From the NCBI GenBank assembly GCA_028818155.1, contig JAPPOH010000014.1:75042-139041 (forward strand): 64,000 bases of DNA. The letters are read 5' to 3'. This document shows, piece by piece, positions 26,335 to 33,438 of the stretch. Position 1 is the stretch's first letter. Every line of letters begins with the position of its first letter. A program made the position numbers and the translations under genes. The stretch is from Candidatus Woesearchaeota archaeon (GTDB taxonomy: Archaea > Nanobdellota > Nanobdellia > Woesearchaeales > UBA525). Below the pieces are notes generated by a model that saw only the letters and a list, made by a program, of their open reading frames with translations, searched no databases and was not told the DNA's origin.

Positions 26335-26894
26335 GTGCTACCACCACAAGCGACGAGGCTTCGCTGACCACCGCAACAATAGAGTTGCCTATCACCGCAT
26401 GCTTCGACCGGCCCATCAGGTGCTCCCGTACATGTTGTGAGTTCTGTGCACGTACCGCCGCAGCAGCTTGCCTCTCCGCGACATGCGGGCGTCTGGCCGT
26501 CTCGTGGGCCGCAGACTGCGTCTTTCGCTTCCGCGAGAATTCTCGCGTTGCTGCCATCAGTGCGCAAGTACGTCACAGCTGTGTTGCCGAGGAGTGCTGT
26601 CTGTCCTGCAGTGAGTCTGACTGTTTCTGTGCCGACGTCGAATGAGATATCTTCTTGTGTAATAGCAAGGTTTGGAAGCTCAGCGTCACTCTCGGAAATA
26701 AGTATGATAGGGAACGTTTGTCCGTTGTGATCGAGCGTCCCGTCTGTAGGAAGACTGGAGAATGCATACCCAACCCTGTCAAACCCGAGTTCAATGTTCG
26801 CTGTATCGAGAATAATGACGAGACCAATGAGTGCTACGAGCGCTACAACGCTGAGTACTGCATAACTGTAAGAGGAGTCGTCCCTCGCCACCAC
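26331..26894 (-). CDS. N-terminally anchored protein with Cys-rich C-terminus, first gene of the giant-protein operon
   Basis: GTG start with a TATA (GATTTATAAGGGG) about 28 nt upstream. One TM helix. C-terminal CCGGTC...CCGG Cys cluster. ATGA overlap with the giant gene start. Confidence 0.55.
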   Translation of the reverse strand: MVARDDSSYSYAVLSVVALVALIGLVIILDTANIELGFDRVGYAFSSLPTDGTLDHNGQTFPIILISESDAELPNLAITQEDISFDVGTETVRLTAGQTALLGNTAVTYLRTDGSNARILAEAKDAVCGPRDGQTPACRGEASCCGGTCTELTTCTGAPDGPVEACGDRQLYCCGGQRSLVACGGST

Positions 26895-26946
26895 AGTGCA
26901 TTTCTGAGGAGAACCCCTTATAAATCTTTCGCGTTGCTCGTCGAGC

Positions 26947-27126
26947 TCACATATCTAAGAAAAACTCATCCATTTCATGTTTGGAGAGCTGTTTTTTGTT
27001 GAGAATATTGATTTTTTTCTGTTTCCTTCCTGTGACTGGATCCACTTTGACCTTGTGCTTGAGTCCTTTGAGGGTTTTCTCATCCTCGTCGGTGAGCATC
27101 TCTGGGTCTTGGAAGAAGTTGTCCAT
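26947..27126 (-). CDS. 59-aa charged hypothetical protein (below the ORF-track cutoff)
   Basis: ATG lies 2 nt after the TAA of 27129..27704 (TAACCATG). Translation: MDNFFQDPEMLTDEDEKTLKGLKHKVKVDPVTGRKQKKINILNKKQLSKHEMDEFFLDM. Confidence 0.3.
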   Translation of the reverse strand: MDNFFQDPEMLTDEDEKTLKGLKHKVKVDPVTGRKQKKINILNKKQLSKHEMDEFFLDM

Positions 27127-27128
27127 GG

Positions 27129-27704
27129 TTATCGGCCCCTTGGTGCATAGTTCCCATGTTTGGGAGAAAGTCGTACGCGCATTGTCGTAGGTTTATCTTC
27201 ATGAGCTGAGCGGATATTTGGAAGAGTGAATGCACCTCGTGGGTTATCACAATTTATTTGTGATCTTCTAGGTACTGCCCCCTTGTACTCGAATACTCCT
27301 TTATTAGCTGGATTGCAGAAAGCATCGTGGATTCTTGCATCTTCAGCTCCTCCTTCCTTCAACCCTTGAATTTCGCTGAATGTATTTACCTTGACTGACG
27401 TAGTTGGATACGTACCGATTCTTGCCAGTGCTGCATCGAAGTTGGTCTGTGCACTCATAGTCTCCGCCTCGGTAAATGCTTCGTTAGGAGCATACCCTGC
27501 ATTTCGAGCAGCCGAGTAATTTGCGAGAAAATCTACAACTTCACCCGTGCTTCTCTTAACAGCGTCTCCTGCCTTCGTAGTTTGTGTTACTACAGCAGCG
27601 CCAGTAACTGAGAGTAAACTTGCAAATAGCACTGCTGTTGCCTTAACAGAACCATCCTGGCCGTCAAGTTTTGCAGTGTTTCGTACATCAGATCCTAATG
27701 TCAT
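27129..27704 (-). CDS. hypothetical membrane-anchored/secreted protein
   Basis: Hydrophobic segment ATAVLFASLLSVTGAAVV near the N-terminus. SD-like GGAGATAGGGGG upstream. No family recognised. Confidence 0.5.
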   Translation of the reverse strand: MTLGSDVRNTAKLDGQDGSVKATAVLFASLLSVTGAAVVTQTTKAGDAVKRSTGEVVDFLANYSAARNAGYAPNEAFTEAETMSAQTNFDAALARIGTYPTTSVKVNTFSEIQGLKEGGAEDARIHDAFCNPANKGVFEYKGAVPRRSQINCDNPRGAFTLPNIRSAHEDKPTTMRVRLSPKHGNYAPRGR

Positions 27705-27949
27705 ATATTCCCCCTATCTCCATATTTGAGTTCTTTTTCTTTATATATTTTTCGCTTTTTGTTGTTACGCCTGAGAGACGTCAAATTCATCGATTTCAGG
27801 CCCGGAAACTGCAGTTTTTCACCCCTATAAAAATAAGCATTCATTATTTTTCCTTATAGAAAACAATCTAGAACGCCCATGAAACCTACAACATACTCCA
27901 AACAAGATCGAGCACAAGAATTAAGAAGCAAAACGCACCTCGCGACACC

Positions 27950-29332
27950 ATGCTTACTCTCTACAACACGTTAACGAGAACGAAAGAACCATTCACGCCA
28001 TTGAAAGACGTTGTTTCCCTCTACACATGCGGCCCCACAGTCTATAATTATGCGCACATCGGGAACCTCCGCACATATATCTTTGAAGATATTCTGAAAC
28101 GAGTGCTCCTCTACAACAAATGCAAGGTCAACCACGTCATGAACATCACCGATGTAGGCCACCTCACATCAGACGCAGACGAAGGCGAAGATAAGATGGA
28201 GAAAGGGGCAGCCCGCGAAGGGAAAACTGTGTGGGAGATTGCGGAATACTACACGAAGGCGTTCCAAGACGATATTCATAAATTACACATTCTTGATCCG
28301 GACACCTGGTGTAAAGCAACAGATCACATCCAGGAACAAATTGAACAGATTCAAACATTGGAGAAGAATGGCTTCACCTACACGACAAGCGATGGCGTGT
28401 ACTTCGACACGAGCAAGCTAGACGATTATGGCGAAATAGCCCTGCTTGACAAGGAGAATTTGAAGGCTGGGGCACGCGTTGACATGGGTGAAAAGAAGAA
28501 TCCGACCGACTTTGCACTCTGGAAGTTCTCGAAAGAGGGAGAGAACCGCGCAATGGAATGGGAGTCTCCGTGGAATAAAAGCGGCTATCCTGGATGGCAC
28601 ATAGAATGCTCAGCCATGTCCATGAAATACCTCGGCGAGCAATTTGACATCCACTGCGGGGGCATTGATCACATCTCCGTGCACCACACGAATGAGATTG
28701 CGCAGGCAGAGGGCGCAACGGGCAAGAAACCCTGGGTCCAGTTCTGGCTGCACGGCGAGTTCTTAGTCTTAGATAAAGCAAAGATGGCGAAGTCCGGCGA
28801 GAATTTCTTGACGTTGCAAACGTTAGTGGATAAGGAGTACGATCCCCTCGTGTACAGATACTTCTGTTTAACAGCGCATTACAAGCAGCAGCTCCAGTTC
28901 AGCTGGGAAGCGTTGGAAACAGCCCGGAATGGATTCGAGTCTATCAAGACAAAACTCCTAGATTTGAAAGAGAATAGTGTGGAAGGGAGTGATGATGTTA
29001 CGAAGCATGAAGCAGCATTTCTCGAAGCAGTGAACGATGATTTGAACATGCCGCAAGCGCTCGCCGCGCTCTGGGCAGTGTTACGCGATGATTCTCTGTC
29101 CTCTGAAGCACGCGTTGCGACCGCTGAGCAGTTTGACGCTGTATTCGGACTGGGGATTGCTGACTTTGGAAGTGAGGAGATCCCAGAAGAAATCACAAAG
29201 TTAGCCGAGGAACGAGAAACTGCGCGAAAAGAGAAAGACTGGGCGAAGTCTGACGAGCTCAGAGACACCATTGCAGAGAAAGGGTATAGTATCGAAGATA
29301 AAAAAGAAGGGTACATCCTGCGAAAGAAGTAA
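27950..29332 (+). CDS. cysS: cysteinyl-tRNA synthetase
   Basis: HIGN (HIGH) motif in [17 protein letters not shown] (KMSKS) motif, and WHIECSAM zinc/Cys-binding region. Confidence 0.95.
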   Translation: MLTLYNTLTRTKEPFTPLKDVVSLYTCGPTVYNYAHIGNLRTYIFEDILKRVLLYNKCKVNHVMNITDVGHLTSDADEGEDKMEKGAAREGKTVWEIAEYYTKAFQDDIHKLHILDPDTWCKATDHIQEQIEQIQTLEKNGFTYTTSDGVYFDTSKLDDYGEIALLDKENLKAGARVDMGEKKNPTDFALWKFSKEGENRAMEWESPWNKSGYPGWHIECSAMSMKYLGEQFDIHCGGIDHISVHHTNEIAQAEGATGKKPWVQFWLHGEFLVLDKAKMAKSGENFLTLQTLVDKEYDPLVYRYFCLTAHYKQQLQFSWEALETARNGFESIKTKLLDLKENSVEGSDDVTKHEAAFLEAVNDDLNMPQALAALWAVLRDDSLSSEARVATAEQFDAVFGLGIADFGSEEIPEEITKLAEERETARKEKDWAKSDELRDTIAEKGYSIEDKKEGYILRKK

Positions 29333-29381
29333 CTATTCAAAAGTAGCAACATATTTAAATAAGAAGTGATTTCTCGACGAC

Positions 29382-30190
29382 ATGCAGTTTCCACACCTTG
29401 TGAATCTTGATGACGCACTACTCCTCTCAGAACCTACTCCACAGGCCGAGCAACAACCCGTCACACCACTCCACAAGTTCGAGGATCGAGAGGTACTCGA
29501 GCAACGCTGCATAGACGATGCATTTCCGAACAGAAACGTACCAAACGGAAAGATCAACTTCTATGTAGAAATGGAACGTCTCCCACGGTTACCTAACGGC
29601 ACATTCAACGTGAACCTCCCGCAAGGAGCTGCGACTATACATCACAAACGGACACATCATCCTCGCGCATCATTCGATGAAACAATGTGGAAACATCATA
29701 CCGAACAAAGAAGGGAAGGCGAGAGTACCCACTACGAGAACTCATATCTCGGTTCGGCGAGGCTGTCAGCGAAGGCGCACATGATTATAGGTTCAACAAC
29801 CGAATACGAGAAAATATTCTTTCCAGGAAACGGCAAACGAATGGAGTACAAAAATTGAGAAACAATGAAGTGCACAGCGGCGGCGGTCCTGATTTTTCTA
29901 TAACGCCACCATACACCGCGAGTGTTGCACTCTCCATATACATGGAAGCGGTTCGATTCATCATCGATCGTACATGGGCCCCACAGGAACCTCTCAACCT
30001 CACAAGTGATTTGTACGCGCTCTTCGGAGCACCAGAAGGGTTGCCACACGTGCCAAGGGAACGAGCCAAACAAACGGCTGCACGGGGAATTGCACGAGTG
30101 GGAGCGTACCTTCTCCCTATAGAGAAAGAGCGACTTAAGAAAGTGACACCTGAGACATCACCCATCTATGCTGCTGTAAAGAAACTGTAA
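29382..30190 (+). pseudogene. split and internally deleted paralog of the 508-aa protein at 31048..32574
   Basis: Frame-0 ORF 29382..29858 matches the N-terminus of the 508-aa protein (LVNLDDALLL vs LVDLERVLVA; HHPRASFDETMW vs THPRAKFDQKRW). The ORF at 29687..30190, in a different frame, matches its C-terminus (KLRNNEVH...SIYMEAVRFIIDRTW vs WLRNQAAH...RVYTEAMMYLMREEW). The middle roughly 240 aa are absent. Confidence 0.5.
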
Positions 30191-30283
30191 GAAACGAGAA
30201 AATCTGAGGAACTCAGAGATGCCCTTTAGAGAAGGACTGATACTCCGAAACATTTATATACACATATTTACACAGGTTTGCAC

Positions 30284-30544
30284 ATGGTAAATATGACGAT
30301 CGCAGTTCCTGCTGAGTTAAAAGAGCGTATGGACTGTGAAGAGACTGTGAACTGGAGTGCAGTTGCGCGAGAATCATTCGAACAACGACTCCATGATCTT
30401 GCATTTCTTCGCGAGTTCTCCAAGAAGAGCACTATGACTGAAGATGATGCAGTACAACTTGGAAAGCGTGTGAACAAACGAGTAAGTGCGAAATACCGGA
30501 AACTTTACGGAGCATACCGGAAAGCTTCCGGAAAACCACAGTAA
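30284..30544 (+). CDS. ribbon-helix-helix antitoxin-like protein (VapB-like)
   Basis: The TIAVPAELKERM...VNWSAVARESFEQRL pattern is typical of archaeal RHH partners of PIN proteins. TATA TTTATATA (30253-30260) lies about 25 nt upstream of ATG 30284. Confidence 0.6.
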   Translation: MVNMTIAVPAELKERMDCEETVNWSAVARESFEQRLHDLAFLREFSKKSTMTEDDAVQLGKRVNKRVSAKYRKLYGAYRKASGKPQ

Positions 30545-30575
30545 TGTTCTTGAACTCACCTCTACTTCTAGAAGT

Positions 30576-30971
30576 ATGGATATTGTTGTCGATGCAAACA
30601 TACTTTTCGCTGCTTGTATTCGTGATGGATTGACGAGGGCTTTACTTTTCCATACATCACTCAGGCCATACGTTCCTGCGTTCGTATTTGAGGAAGTAAC
30701 CAAACACAAAGCAACGATTGAGAAAAAGACGAGGAACAATGCAGATGCATTCTTTGCTGTGTTACGAACGTACATAGAAGTCGTTCCAGAAGAAGAACTA
30801 CTACCGTTTCTTGAAGAAGCACTGCAAATCAGCCCAGACCCAAATGACGTTCACTATATTGCACTTGCTCGGAAGCTGCGGTGTCCCCTCTGGTCACAGG
30901 ATAAAAAGCTGAAAGAGCAGCGCTTTGTGCAGGTGTTCACAACAGAAGAAATGAAAGAACAAGTAGCCTAG
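30576..30971 (+). CDS. PIN-domain protein (VapC-like)
   Basis: MDIVVDANILFAA N-terminus with the first acidic residue, later acidic positions (FEEV, SPDPNDVHYIALA), and size of about 131 aa. The track ORF starts upstream at 30486. Confidence 0.75.
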   Translation: MDIVVDANILFAACIRDGLTRALLFHTSLRPYVPAFVFEEVTKHKATIEKKTRNNADAFFAVLRTYIEVVPEEELLPFLEEALQISPDPNDVHYIALARKLRCPLWSQDKKLKEQRFVQVFTTEEMKEQVA

Positions 30972-31047
30972 ATCATGCAATCACCTCCCGAAGAAATACT
31001 GACTGGCGAGTAAGAAAGCATATAAGGCCTTCTTAATTCTCGGCAAT

Positions 31048-32574
31048 ATGTTAGAGTTAGTTGATCTTGAACGCGTGTTGGTAGCAGCGGAAGGGCGCTA
31101 TTTCGGTAACAAATATCACACCGATTCACTCATGCGACTCTCCCCGCTTGATCGTCTCCCAAAAACGCATTCGAGTTACGTTGCGTTCGCTAAACGGCAC
31201 GATGTTCATCCAGTCAAAAGGCACACACACTCACTCTATCGCACAGATCGATTCTCGAGACTCAAGGACGGAACGTACACAGTGCGTCTTCCTCGTGAAG
31301 AGCGAACGCATAGAGAAGGGACACTCGTATTGCCCGCTGTATCAGTTGATGTTGAGCACACACGAGTCACACATCCTCGCGCAAAGTTTGATCAAAAAAG
31401 ATGGCTCCAAGAGGATGACAGGACTGCAGTCGAAATTGCGAGTGATCCTTCCAAAATACGCCGCCTTGTTAACCTCGAATTAGTTGCAAGAGAAGTTGCT
31501 TCAGTATACAGTGAGTTCCGAATGCAAGTACCCCTCCCCAAAGGGTGGGAGAAGATACAGACAGCGTTTGAGTCGTTCTACAAGAGACACATGGCCCCAT
31601 ACGAAGATAGCCGAACAGACAAGGAGAACATCCGTGAAAATGACACCGCATTCATGCACGAACATCGCTCGATAATGGGAGATTTTGACCGTGTCGTTAC
31701 AGTTGCACGCGAGCAAGAAAAACGTGTGCTATACCACTTATTTGATACCTACTATGCGCTCATTCATGGGTGCCTGTACCATACAAAATTCGAGCTACCA
31801 ACACAGCTAAGTCTTGACCCGAAGCAGCGAGAAGTTTCTCACCTCAATGTTGAACCCTTTCGAAGAGATCTTGTTTGGACAGATTATTCTGCGGGATCGG
31901 CAGTTACCTGGAAACTTCCGTTCAATACTCGATTCCATGATGAATTCAGGGAGTATCTCGTGCAAAAACGTGCAAAAGAACCATGGGAGCATGATGCAAT
32001 CGAAGCATTGCGGGATGCGTATAAATTACTCGATGTGAATCCGGGGATGGCCCACGTACAGGGAAGCGCAGCGTTCGAGACATTCTTACGGCACTTCTCT
32101 TATGAAAACAGAGCAACTCAGAGTGTGGATGAACGACATTCCATGAGGAATATGTTAGAGAAGATCTTTCCAAAAGCTGTAGGAGCTACGTTCGATAAAC
32201 ATATTGCTAACAAACTACTTCACATGCGATCAGATCTTCCAGAAATGGCTCCTGTTCACTGGCTCAGGAACCAGGCAGCGCATAAAGTGAATTTTGTGCC
32301 GCCAGGCTCGAGAGCATATGAGAGCGCTTCCCTTGCTTGTCGCGTCTACACTGAAGCAATGATGTATCTCATGAGAGAAGAATGGGGATGCAACGCAATC
32401 CCTCGAGCAAGTGATCTCGTGATATGGACGAATCAGCGTGCGCATCTAGGTGAAACTCCCCGAAGTTTCACAAAACGGTTAGTTTATAGAACGCTTGATC
32501 GTGCAAAAAACTACCTTGATCCTCGTGAACAGCACGTGCTTAATAGAACACCGCTCCCAAGGGGGCTCGCGTAA
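31048..32574 (+). CDS. 508-aa protein with C-terminal HEPN-like RNxxxH motif
   Basis: HWLRNQAAHKVNF fits the Rx4H HEPN signature in a helical C-terminal region. The N-terminal and middle regions are not recognised. Own TATA (GCATATAAGG, 31018-31027) lies 25 nt upstream. Confidence 0.55.
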   Translation: MLELVDLERVLVAAEGRYFGNKYHTDSLMRLSPLDRLPKTHSSYVAFAKRHDVHPVKRHTHSLYRTDRFSRLKDGTYTVRLPREERTHREGTLVLPAVSVDVEHTRVTHPRAKFDQKRWLQEDDRTAVEIASDPSKIRRLVNLELVAREVASVYSEFRMQVPLPKGWEKIQTAFESFYKRHMAPYEDSRTDKENIRENDTAFMHEHRSIMGDFDRVVTVAREQEKRVLYHLFDTYYALIHGCLYHTKFELPTQLSLDPKQREVSHLNVEPFRRDLVWTDYSAGSAVTWKLPFNTRFHDEFREYLVQKRAKEPWEHDAIEALRDAYKLLDVNPGMAHVQGSAAFETFLRHFSYENRATQSVDERHSMRNMLEKIFPKAVGATFDKHIANKLLHMRSDLPEMAPVHWLRNQAAHKVNFVPPGSRAYESASLACRVYTEAMMYLMREEWGCNAIPRASDLVIWTNQRAHLGETPRSFTKRLVYRTLDRAKNYLDPREQHVLNRTPLPRGLA

Positions 32575-32596
32575 CGGCGTCTCCAATCAGACCTAT

Positions 32597-33178
32597 CTAC
32601 AGAAACTGCGCGAAGAAACTTACCAATACCGGCACGAGGAGCGTAATCACGACGCCGCTGACGATCGATAACAAGCCGATTTCCTTTGACGTATATTTCA
32701 GGATAACGGGGAGGGTCGTGTCCATCGACGTTGCACCACCGGATGCGACCGGTGCGAGCTTGCTAAGACGGACAAGCGCAGGCGTGAGAACAATCGTTAA
32801 CACCTCTCGCGAAATGTTCGAGAGGAATGCGATAACCCCAAGCTCACTCCCCGCAGCTTGCGTGAGAATGATACTTGAGAGTGTGTAGTATGCCATCCCT
32901 GCAGCGACAGCGACTCCTTCAACAAGCGAGTGCTTTGTCAGCAAGGACACAACCACTCCGCCGAGTAAACTGCCAAGGATTGTGAGGAACGGAATGAGCA
33001 GGATAGACCACCCGTACGATCTGAACGTTTGTAACGTCTTCTTGTTTGAACCAACATCAATCCCAACAAGGAACAATAATGCAAGCAGCAGTATACGAGA
33101 AATAAGATCTGCGTTGAATGGGAAGAACATCCCAACCACAATGCCAAGCGCGAGCGCTCCCAAGATCAAGAAAATCAC
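32597..33178 (-). CDS. LysO/DUF340-family exporter, large subunit
   Basis: GGATSMDTTLPVI and LSNISREVL motifs resemble the LysO (YbjE) family. Overlaps the small-subunit gene. Confidence 0.6.
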   Translation of the reverse strand: MIFLILGALALGIVVGMFFPFNADLISRILLLALLFLVGIDVGSNKKTLQTFRSYGWSILLIPFLTILGSLLGGVVVSLLTKHSLVEGVAVAAGMAYYTLSSIILTQAAGSELGVIAFLSNISREVLTIVLTPALVRLSKLAPVASGGATSMDTTLPVILKYTSKEIGLLSIVSGVVITLLVPVLVSFFAQFL

Positions 33179-33438
33179 TGGAACTTCCTCCGAAGCACAA
33201 GCACACCAAGCACGCTCCCACTAATAGTGCAGAGTGCGAACAAGAGCGCGTAGCCCCCATACACAGGGAGGTTTTGCACAACCTGCTCATTTGCTCCTAT
33301 CAGGACACCCATGAAGAAGATCAGCAACAGCACAACAACAGTGTATGTTTGCTCCAAACGAATGCGCTGCTGCTTCGACAACTGCAGAAACCATCCGAGA
33401 CCAATACCGAGAACAAGCGCAAGCACAATGTCAATCAT
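33175..33438 (-). CDS. LysO/DUF340-family small membrane subunit
   Basis: 87 aa with 3 TM helices. Split-gene arrangement with 32597..33178. ATGA overlap with the valS stop. Confidence 0.5.
   Translation of the reverse strand: MIDIVLALVLGIGLGWFLQLSKQQRIRLEQTYTVVVLLLIFFMGVLIGANEQVVQNLPVYGGYALLFALCTISGSVLGVLVLRRKFQ

Noticed and set aside
18424-26730. Dozens of 60-300-aa ORFs overlapping the giant gene and its upstream neighbour on both strands.
   Set aside because: All are nested within the uninterrupted 7.9-kb ORF, which has a coherent repeat architecture and a signal peptide. The nested translations are low complexity (Ser/Arg/His/Cys-rich) with no recognisable motifs.
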